Source: Bdellovibrionales bacterium (GTDB lineage: Bacteria; Bdellovibrionota; Bdellovibrionia; Bdellovibrionales; UBA1609). Taken from it: a stretch of DNA of 64,000 nucleotides. Position numbers and translations under genes: made by a program. The stretch covers positions 1,792,001-1,856,000 of the forward strand of contig CBDCMT010000001.1 of the NCBI GenBank assembly GCA_965219095.1, given 5' to 3'. This document shows, in pieces, positions 19,505 to 30,059 of the stretch; positions within the stretch are counted from its first letter, which is position 1, and each line of letters starts with the position of its first letter. A model generated the notes under the pieces. It worked only from the letters and a program-made list of their open reading frames with translations, was not told where the DNA came from and ran no database searches.

Positions 19505-20012
19505 TTTAAAGAAAGGTTGGTCAATGAGAAATGACCCTTTTCTAGGTGAGGAGGAAGTTAAAAAAACTCCACTTTTTGACTCATACCACAGATAGCTGAG
19601 TGATAGACATAGGAATAAAGATGAGATAAAAAACTTAAAAAAGATAGGAAAAAAAACAAAAAAAACTCTAAAGAAAAGTAAAAAAATACTGAAGAGGATG
19701 GTAAGCAATAGTGATGACCTAGATCGCTCGGTTTATCAGGAGACTCAGATCGCTTGATCTATGAGTTAAAAAAAGCTCGTTAACCGGATAGAACCTGATA
19801 AACAAGGAATAAAACCATGAGGTGATCTATCTTCAAAAAGGTAGATTAAGGTCTTGGATAGTCGAAATCAAAAACGGTCATTAGGAGCTAGACTTGATGG
19901 GACTGGCGTGTCTCTAGGATAGGACCTCCATAGCTGGTGAAAGGAAAAATCAAGAGAAATTCATAAAATTAAAACTAAAAGCTAGCCTTACGGTGTAATA
20001 GTTCTATTTATT

Positions 20013-20039
20013 TAAGTTCTCAAATTATTTTGTCGATAA
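20013..20039 (+). promoter_or_regulatory. Sigma28-like promoter
   Basis: TAAG-N15-GTCGATAA, ~50 nt upstream of the lipoprotein gene. Confidence 0.5.
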
Positions 20040-20090
20040 ATAAAACATATGCAACCAAAGTAAGTTAAGGACGTAAGGACAGCTTCTCTA

Positions 20091-21947
20091 ATGAATAAAT
20101 TTCTTTTATACAATATCTTTCTTTTAAGCCTTTTTCTCTTTAGTTGTAACGATTCTAAAAAACCATCCGTTACAAATCCTCCATCTATAGATTGTAATGA
20201 TGATCAACATATAGAAAACGAAGAATGTGTTTCCAACACAAGAAGTTGTGTTATTAGTAATGGTGAAGGATCTCAAACTTGGAGGAATAATTCTTGGAGT
20301 GCTTGTACAGCTTTGAGTTGCAATGCAAATTATCATAAAGAAAGTGGTTCCTGTGTTTCAAACACAAGGGATTGTGGCATTAGTAATGGTGAAGGATCTC
20401 AAACTTGGGCAAACGGTTCTTGGGGTAATTGTACTGTTTCAAACTGTAATTCAGGTTATCAAGAACGCACAGGTACTTGCATTTTAAGTTGTTCTGATGA
20501 TCAACATATAGAAAATAACCTATGTGTTTCTAACACAAGAGATTGTGGCATTAGTAATGGTGAAGGATCTCAAACTTGGAGGAATAATTCTTGGAGTGCT
20601 TGTACAGCTTTGAGTTGCAATGCAAATTATCATAAAGAAAGCGGCTCCTGTGTTTCCAACACAAGAGATTGTGGCATTAGTAATGGTGAAGGATCTCAAA
20701 CTTGGAGGAATGATTCTTGGAATGATTGTACAGTTTCAGGCTGTAATTCAGGTTACCATGAAGAAAGTGGCTCCTGTGTTTCCAATACAAGAAGTTGTGG
20801 TATTAGTAATGGTGAAGGATCTCAGACTTGGAGGAATGATTCTTGGAATGATTGTACAGTTTTGAGTTGCAATGCAAATTATCATAAAGAAAGTGGTTCC
20901 TGTGTTTCCAACACAAGAGATTGTGACATTAGTAATGGTGAAGGATCTCAGACTTGGAGGAATGATTCTTGGGACATTTGTACTGTTTCAGGCTGTGATT
21001 CAGGTTACCATGAAGAAAACAGTGCTTGTGTTTTAAGTACAAGCTCAACTAGTCATACTTGTTTTGCTTTTAATGTAAATAGAACTATCATTACGTATTA
21101 CTATGGGCTAGATTTAATTACTGGTCTTCCTTGTCCGAGAGATGTTATTATACCTGAAGGGGTTTTTTATATTGGTAGTCTTAATTTTCATCATACCTCA
21201 ACACCTGCTTTTTCCAATAGTTTTTTAACTTCGGTAATCATTACAAATGGTGTGGAGAGCATTGGTGAACGGGCTTTTTCTTATAATAATTTAACTTCGG
21301 TAATCATTCCAAATAGTGTGGAAGCAATTGGTGAATATGCTTTTGTTTACAATAATTTAACTTCGGTAATCATTACAAATGGTGTGGAGAGCATTGGTGA
21401 ATGGGCTTTTTCTTATAATAATTTAACTTCTGTGATCATTCCAGAAAGTGTAACAAGTCTTTCAGGGTTTTCTAACAATAATTTAGCTTCGGTAATCATT
21501 CCAAATAGTGTGGAGGTAATCGGTGAAAATGCTTTTTCTGGTAATAATTTAACTTCTGTGATCATTCCAGAAAGTGTAACAAGTCTTTCAGGGTTTTCTA
21601 ACAATAATTTAGCTTCGGTAATCATTCCAAATAGTGTGGGTGAAATTGGTAATTTTGCTTTTTCTGGTAATAATTTAACTTCGGTAATCATTCCAAATAG
21701 TGTGGGGGCAATTGGTGAATATGCTTTTTCTGGTAATAATTTAACTTCAGTGATTATTTCGAATAGAGACTCTCACCTCAGAATTTACAATAATACTTTT
21801 ACAAGAAATAATGATTTAACCATTTGTATAGAACTAAGTAAAACGCAAAGCGATAATCTAATAACAGAAGGTAACAATTATACATACAATCCTGGCGTAA
21901 CTGTAGTTTATGATGACGATGGGGATTGCACTAACAATTCACCTTGA
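20091..21947 (+). CDS. Surface lipoprotein with Cys-rich tandem repeats and BspA-type LRR_5 domain
   Basis: LFSC lipobox; about six ~43-aa SNTRxCxISNGEGSQTWxNxSWxxC repeats; LTSVIIPNSVxxIGxxAF LRRs. Confidence 0.9.
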   Translation: MNKFLLYNIFLLSLFLFSCNDSKKPSVTNPPSIDCNDDQHIENEECVSNTRSCVISNGEGSQTWRNNSWSACTALSCNANYHKESGSCVSNTRDCGISNGEGSQTWANGSWGNCTVSNCNSGYQERTGTCILSCSDDQHIENNLCVSNTRDCGISNGEGSQTWRNNSWSACTALSCNANYHKESGSCVSNTRDCGISNGEGSQTWRNDSWNDCTVSGCNSGYHEESGSCVSNTRSCGISNGEGSQTWRNDSWNDCTVLSCNANYHKESGSCVSNTRDCDISNGEGSQTWRNDSWDICTVSGCDSGYHEENSACVLSTSSTSHTCFAFNVNRTIITYYYGLDLITGLPCPRDVIIPEGVFYIGSLNFHHTSTPAFSNSFLTSVIITNGVESIGERAFSYNNLTSVIIPNSVEAIGEYAFVYNNLTSVIITNGVESIGEWAFSYNNLTSVIIPESVTSLSGFSNNNLASVIIPNSVEVIGENAFSGNNLTSVIIPESVTSLSGFSNNNLASVIIPNSVGEIGNFAFSGNNLTSVIIPNSVGAIGEYAFSGNNLTSVIISNRDSHLRIYNNTFTRNNDLTICIELSKTQSDNLITEGNNYTYNPGVTVVYDDDGDCTNNSP

Positions 21948-22345
21948 TATGAAATAGTTTAAACTTCATTTTCTGGAAAGTGAAGAAATTAGAGAAATTT
22001 AAACTTGGATAGGGCGGTCAGATAACCGAGTTACCTTGAACTCAATAAAAACTTTACTAAGGCTTTCGGAGAATGTGAGGCTAAGTTTATACAAGGAGTT
22101 GTGTAAAGTGGAGTTGGAAGGCTAAGGAAATCTTTATTTTCAGGTTAAAGGACTTTTCTTTAAGTCTGCTCTTCCAGAAAAAGATAAAAAATCATCTTCT
22201 TCTCGTTCAGCTAAAAAAAAGAAGTAAGTCCTAAGAACTACTTCTTTTGAATCTAGATAAATTGATGATCATCTGCTCTCATAATTGCAAGAAGTCTTGA
22301 ACCCTCATTTTCATTGGATGGAAGATGCATGTAGAAAAAGTAATT

Positions 22346-22924
22346 TTATTTCTTTTCTGTTCCTCTGAACTTTTCATAAAAACACTCAACATTATAGATA
22401 TCAAGAGAAGTGAAAAAAAATTTATCATTCATTGTTGCATTTAAAAACTCACATAACTTGAATATTTGGTCACCTTTTATTTCGTAAAGGTGATTTTTGT
22501 CTTCTGCTTGCCTTATTTTAGAAACAGGCAAGTTTAAAAAATCTGCTAATTGCTTTCTCGTTTTATTTTCTCTCAGTCTCATTTCTTTTATTTTATAAGA
22601 TATGCAAAATCTAAACATTTTATCTAATTTTTTATTCTTATGGCTTCTGGTCTTGTTTTTTTTGACTGTAACCATTTTGATGTCATGCAATTTCTCTTGC
22701 ATTACGAAAAACTCCGTAGCTTTTTTTATATCAATTTTATATAATTTTATTAGACTCATAAGAGTTTTTTGCGAAAAAGAAGAAAGCCCTCTTTCTAACC
22801 TTGAAAGCATATTTACGTTAATATTACTCAAAGCCCTAGCTACATCTTCTTGGCTTAAACCATTTTTTATCCTTTTGTGTCTAAAATATCTCCCTATGTT
22901 TTTATTTTTTGGATTTATTTTCAC
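22346..22924 (-). CDS. Double XRE-HTH regulator
   Basis: GLSQEDVARAL...LSRLERG and a second HTH TRKQLADFLNL. Confidence 0.75.
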   Translation of the reverse strand: MKINPKNKNIGRYFRHKRIKNGLSQEDVARALSNINVNMLSRLERGLSSFSQKTLMSLIKLYKIDIKKATEFFVMQEKLHDIKMVTVKKNKTRSHKNKKLDKMFRFCISYKIKEMRLRENKTRKQLADFLNLPVSKIRQAEDKNHLYEIKGDQIFKLCEFLNATMNDKFFFTSLDIYNVECFYEKFRGTEKK

Positions 22925-23379
22925 TTCTTGCCTTTATATCCTCTTCTTGCTTTTTTAGTTTTTCTTTTTTTAATTAAATTTTTTCTAGCTGTTTCTGTCA
23001 AAGATAGCCAAAATTGTATTGTACTTCTATACTGTGCTTCTGGTAAAAGTGAACCAAAATTTGAAAGTATTTCTGTTCTTCGATCCTCTAGTTCTTTTGA
23101 GTTTATTTTTGAAATATAAGGTGTTACAATAATAATTGTACTTGTAGCATACTCCATTCTTAGCTCCATTTCAGTGACTTGTTTACTAAACTCAACTTTT
23201 ATTTTCTCAGCTATGAAACCAGAGAGGTTATCTTTACTGTTCTTAGAATTTCGATACTGTTTGTTAATAAAGCTAACTAGAGAGTCAATACTTAGGGCTA
23301 GCTCTTTGGCAGACTTGAATACTTCATAGGGATAGAGACCTTGTTTATTTTGAACTTTTGGTCTCTTCTTTGAATTCAT
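22921..23379 (-). CDS. Hypothetical protein
   Basis: 152 aa with RBS; coupled to the HTH gene. Confidence 0.55.
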   Translation of the reverse strand: MNSKKRPKVQNKQGLYPYEVFKSAKELALSIDSLVSFINKQYRNSKNSKDNLSGFIAEKIKVEFSKQVTEMELRMEYATSTIIIVTPYISKINSKELEDRRTEILSNFGSLLPEAQYRSTIQFWLSLTETARKNLIKKRKTKKARRGYKGKK

Positions 23380-23398
23380 TCTCTCTTACCTCAAATAA

Positions 23399-23444
23399 TG
23401 ATTTTATATATAAATTATTATTTTATAATTTATATATAAAATCA
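23399..23444. promoter_or_regulatory. Perfect 20-bp inverted repeat between divergent genes (operator candidate)
   Basis: TGATTTTATATATAAATTAT-N6-ATAATTTATATATAAAATCA. Confidence 0.65.
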
Positions 23445-23499
23445 AGGAAAAACCTATGAAATTTTCAAAAATGGGTAAAAAAGTGGTATAAAGAAAATT

Positions 23500-23955
23500 A
23501 TGAAAGATAAAAAAGCATCTAAGACCCAATTATTGAAAATATCAGCACCCATTAGAGAGCTTCTTCAAGAATTATTGACACAGAAAATCAAAACAGGTGA
23601 AGATAAGGAGAAACTCGCTAAGTTTTTAGGCAAGTCAGTGGCTACTATCAACAAAATGGTCTATTCAGGAGAAATGGGTTTAGATTTATGGGTTAACAGC
23701 CTTGTCTATTGTTATGACTTTGAGCCAAGTGCATTAAAACATTATATCAAAAATTTACCTTACTTTTTATACAATCAGAGACCTATTTCTTCTGCCGATA
23801 AGATATGGGCAGAGATTTCAGGACAACTTACTCAAGATGAAAAAATTCACTATGGACATTTGTTAAAATGTTCTGTTAAAGCTAATCGTCATTTAGGAGC
23901 AAAACAAAAAACAAGACAAAAAAGAAAACCAAAACAAAAAAGGAAAAGTAAATAA
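23500..23955 (+). CDS. HTH-like regulator
   Basis: KEKLAKFLGKSVATINKMVY; divergent from the 22346-23379 pair. Confidence 0.55.
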   Translation: MKDKKASKTQLLKISAPIRELLQELLTQKIKTGEDKEKLAKFLGKSVATINKMVYSGEMGLDLWVNSLVYCYDFEPSALKHYIKNLPYFLYNQRPISSADKIWAEISGQLTQDEKIHYGHLLKCSVKANRHLGAKQKTRQKRKPKQKRKSK

Positions 23956-24050
23956 AAAGCCACTTCTTCTTTGAGAGTTTCTGTTATGAAGTTTTCAACC
24001 TTATAAGCCCAGTAATAGTTTTTTTCATCAATAAAAACTTCTCCTTTAAA

Positions 24051-24104
24051 ATCTAAGAAATATCCTCCTCGTAGGAGTCAAAGGCTGTTAAGAAACCGAC
24101 TTAC
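24051..24104. repeat. ~54-bp dispersed repeat, second copy inverted at 58007-58060
   Basis: ATCTAAGAAATATCCTCCTCGTAGGAGTCAA(A/G)GGCTGTTAAGAA(A/G)CCGACTTAC, 2 mismatches. Confidence 0.8.
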
Positions 24105-24459
24105 GGTCAAACCCGGCTTAGTACGACTGGTTTTGTTTGGGCATAAAGCCCCAGGCGTATCTTTTGAGGGCGAACTTCTATAAAATAAATGACATTAGCT
24201 AGATTTCCTTGTGCTTTTCTTTGGGAGCTAAAGGGTCTAAAGAAAGAGCTTTATGGGCTTGTGGCGAAATAAAGGATAAAAATAGGCATAACAAACTACG
24301 ACAAAATAATAAACTTTCAACAATGACAGTATATGTAATGTCTTTAAAGCACTCTAATTCTATACGTATTCATTACTTTATGAATTTGTGGAAAATCTTT
24401 TGTGCAATTGCTAAGGATTAAAAAATTTAAAACTCTTCCTTGATAAAGATAGGTTAAAT

Positions 24460-24651
24460 ATGTACCTTTTCTTTATGACTATAATTACCGAGCACGAATT
24501 TGAAAACATGAAAAAAGAGCTAGAAGCAATAAATAGTCTCGTGGGCTTTGAAGCTCCTGAAATACTTCAACAAAGAAAAAAAAAGCTCCTAAATAGGCTA
24601 GAAAAGTCAAAACAAGCTCGTATCAAAAGAGCAGGCTTAAGATTATTGTAA
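24460..24651 (+). CDS. Small hypothetical protein
   Basis: 63-aa helical ORF convergent with the type ISP gene. Confidence 0.4.
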   Translation: MYLFFMTIITEHEFENMKKELEAINSLVGFEAPEILQQRKKKLLNRLEKSKQARIKRAGLRLL

Positions 24652-24655
24652 ACTC

Positions 24656-27600
24656 TTATTCTTTTTTCTCTTTTGTTTCGGATATATCTACAGGTGTTTC
24701 TAAAATTAACTTCTTAAACTGCTTTTCTTCTAGATAAGAGGCCTCTTTAATGCGTGGGAGTGATTTTATTAGCTTTATACTCTCTATACTAACACTAACG
24801 ACTCTTTGAATAAGATCAATTATATATTTTGGGTTATCTGAAAATTTATTAGGATTATTTGTAATTTTACTCTTCTTATCCTCTTTAGCTTGATATCTAT
24901 CCATTATCCACTCAATAGCACTTCTGCCATTAACTTGATACTCATAGGCTTCTTGAGGGATTTCACTCAAAGTAATGCTGTTATTGTAAATGATACTACT
25001 TTTATCAGTTTTAGAGAGAAATTTCATTTTTGAGACTTCAAAATTATTATTTTTTAATTCCTCTATTTTAAGGGGATATTTTTTGACTTTTTCATAGTTG
25101 ATATGTAAATCAGCCAATTCTTTCCCAATTTTAGAGTATTTTTCAAACCCATTTACTAAGGGAATGCGAGGGAGCATTTTGCCAAAATTAGAGGCATACC
25201 TTTTTTTATAGTCTTCTGAATGAAGAAGTCCGTAAACATAGTAAAAAATAGCATCACCATCAATTTTTTTATCCTTATAATTTTCTTGAAATTTTTTAAC
25301 GACCTTTTGAGAAATGTTATCCTCTTTTTTAAGCTCTCCTTGAGAGTTTTTTTCATAGAAGTATCTTGAGAAACATTGAGTTTTAGACAATAAATCAAAA
25401 TTAGGAGTTGTATCCACCATCAAAGCTGAAAGACTTCTTGAGCCTACCCCACTTACACAAATGGCTAGGTTTTTTGTGTCAGGTTCTGGGAAGAGCTTGT
25501 ATGTAAGATAGCGTCTTTCATTTAATTCTTTAGAGTAGTATAAATTGGACTTTGTAAAGGGACGGTAAAGAGATTGTCTTAAAGATTCACCTCTATATTG
25601 ATATTTTTTATTTTTCTTTAGGTCGCCTTTAACGTTATGTGTCCAGCTTATCTTTTCAGGATCAGTGTTTAAAAAACTTTCTAATTTTTTAGGCTTTTTT
25701 TCTTGATACCTTTTCAACTCCTTATTATAAAAGGAGATCATGTTTCTGATATTTTTTTCTAATTGTGATTTATTGTAATTATAAGCCCAAGCATCTCTAG
25801 CTGTGACAACACCATTAGAATAAAGAGTGAATATGCCTTTCTCAGGATTCTTCTTATCCCCCATAGGAAAAAATTTCTCGTATGTTCCATCTCTTTGATT
25901 GATCCAATCATGATCTGCGTTTGGCTTAATAGGTTCCCAATCAATAGCTGAAAAGCTTTTAAGCTTTTTTATTTTCTTAAGCTTTTCTTCTCTATTTAAA
26001 TAATCTCCAATATCATAGTAATGAATCTTACAATCTTTTTTTGCTGGATTTTTTACTAAAAAAGAAATAGCCACTGGCACACGAGAGCCTTGACCGAAAA
26101 TTTTTCCACCTTCTTTTCTACTTTCTTTTCCTTTAGTTCTTTGATTACCTCTCAAATTAAAAATATAAAGACTCGTGAAGTCTTTTTCTAAATGACAACG
26201 AAGCCCGTCCATATTATTAGCATCTATAAAAGAGCCATTAGTTACAAAAGAGACGACTCCCTTGTTCCCTACTCGATCTGTTGCCCAACGTATAGCACGA
26301 ATATAAGAATCGTATAAATTCTTACAAAGAGTAGAGTTAGAGCTTTCAACATAAGTGTCTTTAATATCTTTGTCCAATCTTTTATACTCAAGATTCTTAT
26401 TATTATCATTTTCACTTTTCTGTCCAGAAGAATAGGGTGGGTTTCCCACAATGGCTCGAATAGCATATTTCTTTTGTTTTCTGATTTGTTTAAGATTTTC
26501 TTTAAGAAAATCATTGTTCTCATTTCCTTTATCTTCTTCAGACATTTGAAACGTATCTGTAAGTACTGCTCCCTTGAAACTTTCATAGGTGTTTTGTGAA
26601 ATTTTAAAGTGATAAGAATTTTCAATGTTTATTGCAGTAATATAGTAGGCAAGAAGAACTAACTCATTTGAATGAAGTTCTTCCTTGTATTTATATCTTA
26701 AATCTTCTTTTTTTATTAAATCAGACTGGATAAGACGAGCTAAAAATGTTCCTGTTCCAGAGAAAGGATCTAAAATATGGACATTTTTATCTGTCAAGCC
26801 CTCTCCAAACTCTTTTTTCAAAATTTCATCAGAGCTTTTTAATATAAAATCTACAATTTCAATAGGCGTGTAAACAATCCCTAATCTATCAGATAACTTT
26901 GGGAAACCCTCTTTAAACACTTTCTCATAAAGTTCTTTAATAACTCTTTGTTTTCCCTCTAAATTATCAATGTTTTCAACTCTTTTTTTGATACTTTCAT
27001 AACTACTTTTTAAATCTTTTGTTTCAGCTTTTGCTTGATTTTCAAATAGTTTCACAATAGATTCCATGCTTTTAGAGATGGGATTTTCTTTCGAAAAATT
27101 TCTATTTCTAAATAGAGCATCAAAAATAGGCTTAGTTAACATGTGTTGAGAAAGCATTTCTATAGCATCATTTTCTGAAATTGTATCATTTAAATTTTTT
27201 CTCAAGCTTTTTAGAAACTTATTAAATTCAACTTTTATTTTTGAATTTTTACTTTTTAAAGAACCTTTCATTCTTCCTGCAAGAATTCTTGTAAGAGTTC
27301 CTGTAAGGATTTTAGATTTTTTTGAAATATCTTTAGCTAAAACCTCGAGATACTGTCTGTTTCCACACTTAAGAACTAGTTTTGCACAAATGGCACCCTT
27401 CAATTCTTCAAGCTTATAATATGGGAGTTCTAGCCGTTTAGTTTCCCCTTTCTTATTTTTAGAATTATTTTTGTCATCATTCTTATCAAAGCCAACACCA
27501 ATAATCTGAATAGCCTTTGGCCTTTTTCTATTAAATTCTATCTTATTTATCATAGCATCAAACCTGTTATCATGAGATCTTAAAGCTTGTAAAACTTGCC

Positions 27601-29461
27601 AGACTACTTGGTAGGTTTTATTATCATCTAAGGCTTTTTCCGCAGGAATATCGGCAGGGACAACAATAGGAAGAATTATATGACCATAATTTTTTCCCTC
27701 TGATTTTCTCATGACTCGACCAACGGACTGCACTATATCTACTTCTGATTTTCTCGGATTTAAAAACATCACAGCATCAAGGGCTGGAACATCTACGCCC
27801 TCAGAAAGACAACGAGCATTTGTTAAAATACGGCACTCATTTTCTCCTACATTATCTTTTAACCACCTTAATTCTTTGTTTCTGATTAAAGCATTTTGCG
27901 TTCCATCTACATGATGGACTTCGCAGTTAAGAATTTTTTCTGTTTTTTTAGTTGAATTTCTAGCAAAAGCTTTTATGATTTCATTAAAGTATTTTTCAAT
28001 ACGTTTTGAAGATTTAATAGTTCCTGAAAAAGCAACAGCTCTTTTCATAGGGGTTTTGTCTTCTTTTGCTTTCTTCTCTTTTTCTTCTGAATCTGAAATG
28101 TATTTTTTAGAAAGACCGTTCCAGCAACCCACAATTTTAATCACATCTTGTGTGTTGATCTCACTATTTTGAGAAAACTCTTTCTGCATAACTTTTGAAA
28201 CATAATTCTCACTAATTGCTAATATAGATACTTTATAGTCGGATAAAAGGTCTTTCTCAATCGCATTAGAAAAATCAAGTCTATAAAGCTCTTTTCCATA
28301 CTTTTCTTTATCGTCCATTGAATAAACTTTGATTTCATTTTCTTCAGCTTTTTTCTTAGAACTTTCTGAATATATTCTTGGAGTAGCTGTCATATAAAGT
28401 CGCTTCTTAGCTTTAATAAAATCCCTATCGTGGACTTTAGTAAAATAAGAACTTTTCTTTCTAGTCTTTTCTTCAACTCCAGTTGTTCTATGTGCTTCAT
28501 CACAAATGATTAAATCAAAATTTTTTAAACTCCCTTTTTTTTGAGCATCAGAAATAACCTTAATAGAATGATATGTAGAGAAAATAACATTAATAGTGTC
28601 TTTTTTATTTTTTAAATTTTTTCTAGTATTCTCAAGAGCCATGGATAGTTTTTTATAGTCTGTTGTAGGAGGAAGTGCTAAATCAGTTGTTTGAATGTCT
28701 TCCTCTTCACTTTTTCCAGCTTGGCTGTCTGAACAAACTACAAAACTATTTATATTTCTCTGAGTGTTTTGTGTCCATTCACGTAGTGTTTGAGAGAGTA
28801 GAGAAAGAGAAGGAACAAGAAATAGCACATTACCTTTAGAGCTTACTAAATTTTCCGCAATTCTAAGAGAGGTAAAGGTCTTGCCTGTCCCACAAGGCAT
28901 AATGAGTTTTCCTGCATTTTTATTTTCAAAGCCTTCTTTAACTTTTTTAAGAGCTTCTGCTTGATGCGGACGTAACTTCTTTTTTATACGAGAGACTTCT
29001 CGTTTTTTTAGTAAATTCTTCCAATCAACATCAGACTCTTCTAAATCACTAATTCCTATCCTTTGGCAGGGTTTGCTTCTTCTATTGAGAGCTTTTTCAG
29101 CATTAGAACTCCATAGGTCAGTTGTTGAAATGATAATTCCTTTTGTGAAAGGCTTTTTCCCTAGCTCGCTTAGAAAAGAATCAATATTTTCTTTTCTGAG
29201 TTCAACATCTGATTCATAAAACTTGCATTGAATAGCATAGATGTCGCCAGCATTGCTTTCTGCAACTATATCAACACCTGTATCAGGCCCTTTTCTTTGA
29301 GGCCAGTCTTTCCAAAGCCATACATTCTTAAAATAGCTTTTATAAATGGAATCGTTCTTAAAGAATGCAAGCATAAGTTTTTCAAAGTACTCTCCCTTTT
29401 GCCTTTCGCTTTTAGCCTTCTTTCTCAGATCCTTAAGAGTATTTTGTAAATTGCTTGACAT
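24656..29461 (-). CDS. Type ISP restriction-modification enzyme (LlaGI/LlaBIII-like)
   Basis: Mrr-like nuclease (GVDIVA...IQCKFY), SF2 helicase (GTGKT, DEAH, TATP, QSVGRVMR), MTase (DPFSGTG, GNPPY) and C-terminal TRD. Confidence 0.93.
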   Translation of the reverse strand: MSSNLQNTLKDLRKKAKSERQKGEYFEKLMLAFFKNDSIYKSYFKNVWLWKDWPQRKGPDTGVDIVAESNAGDIYAIQCKFYESDVELRKENIDSFLSELGKKPFTKGIIISTTDLWSSNAEKALNRRSKPCQRIGISDLEESDVDWKNLLKKREVSRIKKKLRPHQAEALKKVKEGFENKNAGKLIMPCGTGKTFTSLRIAENLVSSKGNVLFLVPSLSLLSQTLREWTQNTQRNINSFVVCSDSQAGKSEEEDIQTTDLALPPTTDYKKLSMALENTRKNLKNKKDTINVIFSTYHSIKVISDAQKKGSLKNFDLIICDEAHRTTGVEEKTRKKSSYFTKVHDRDFIKAKKRLYMTATPRIYSESSKKKAEENEIKVYSMDDKEKYGKELYRLDFSNAIEKDLLSDYKVSILAISENYVSKVMQKEFSQNSEINTQDVIKIVGCWNGLSKKYISDSEEKEKKAKEDKTPMKRAVAFSGTIKSSKRIEKYFNEIIKAFARNSTKKTEKILNCEVHHVDGTQNALIRNKELRWLKDNVGENECRILTNARCLSEGVDVPALDAVMFLNPRKSEVDIVQSVGRVMRKSEGKNYGHIILPIVVPADIPAEKALDDNKTYQVVWQVLQALRSHDNRFDAMINKIEFNRKRPKAIQIIGVGFDKNDDKNNSKNKKGETKRLELPYYKLEELKGAICAKLVLKCGNRQYLEVLAKDISKKSKILTGTLTRILAGRMKGSLKSKNSKIKVEFNKFLKSLRKNLNDTISENDAIEMLSQHMLTKPIFDALFRNRNFSKENPISKSMESIVKLFENQAKAETKDLKSSYESIKKRVENIDNLEGKQRVIKELYEKVFKEGFPKLSDRLGIVYTPIEIVDFILKSSDEILKKEFGEGLTDKNVHILDPFSGTGTFLARLIQSDLIKKEDLRYKYKEELHSNELVLLAYYITAINIENSYHFKISQNTYESFKGAVLTDTFQMSEEDKGNENNDFLKENLKQIRKQKKYAIRAIVGNPPYSSGQKSENDNNKNLEYKRLDKDIKDTYVESSNSTLCKNLYDSYIRAIRWATDRVGNKGVVSFVTNGSFIDANNMDGLRCHLEKDFTSLYIFNLRGNQRTKGKESRKEGGKIFGQGSRVPVAISFLVKNPAKKDCKIHYYDIGDYLNREEKLKKIKKLKSFSAIDWEPIKPNADHDWINQRDGTYEKFFPMGDKKNPEKGIFTLYSNGVVTARDAWAYNYNKSQLEKNIRNMISFYNKELKRYQEKKPKKLESFLNTDPEKISWTHNVKGDLKKNKKYQYRGESLRQSLYRPFTKSNLYYSKELNERRYLTYKLFPEPDTKNLAICVSGVGSRSLSALMVDTTPNFDLLSKTQCFSRYFYEKNSQGELKKEDNISQKVVKKFQENYKDKKIDGDAIFYYVYGLLHSEDYKKRYASNFGKMLPRIPLVNGFEKYSKIGKELADLHINYEKVKKYPLKIEELKNNNFEVSKMKFLSKTDKSSIIYNNSITLSEIPQEAYEYQVNGRSAIEWIMDRYQAKEDKKSKITNNPNKFSDNPKYIIDLIQRVVSVSIESIKLIKSLPRIKEASYLEEKQFKKLILETPVDISETKEKKE

Positions 29462-30059
29462 AACTTTTTTTCGGAAAATTCAGATAGAACATTTAGGAGG
29501 GAACTAAAAATCAGGTCGAATATCCCTAATCTAAAAGTAAAGTTTTTTGTTTAAAAAAAAGATTTACCTGAAACTCTGTAGCAGGTAGATACTATTGCCA
29601 GCCCTTAGGGCAAAGAAAGGGATCTCTTTTTGCTTTCTCGTCTGTTCGAGAAAGTTCTTGAGTTACTCTTTATGCCATTTTTAGCATTTTGCCTCACAAA
29701 GACTTCACTGACTCCGATTATTATTGCTGTGGCTTTTGGATTTCCAAATTTTTGTATTAAGGTCTTTAGTTCAGTCACAAAAAGAACTTGTAGGTTCAAT
29801 CTATATTCCAAATTCAGACGTTAGTCACTGTTAAAAAATAACTTAGACGGTAAATCAAAAAGATAGGTCACTGGTTTAACTATAGGGTTAGTTTTTTTCT
29901 CATAATTCTCCCTTTCAAAATAAGGTTGATATTTTGTATCAGAGAGATTGAGGGAGAATGTACTTGGGTTGATGAGACTTTGAAGTTTGTCTTGGAGATA
30001 GTTTTCTGGTTTGCCTTTTTTTGTAAAGTAGAGAGTTATAACAAGGGTTATTGAACCTA

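Noticed and set aside
20200..21750. Possible CRISPR or DGR repeats
   Set aside because: Repeats are in-frame protein repeats; no reverse transcriptase and no adenine-specific variation noticed.
29605..29904. Short ORFs upstream of the type ISP gene
   Set aside because: Fragmentary with multiple stops; no family recognised.
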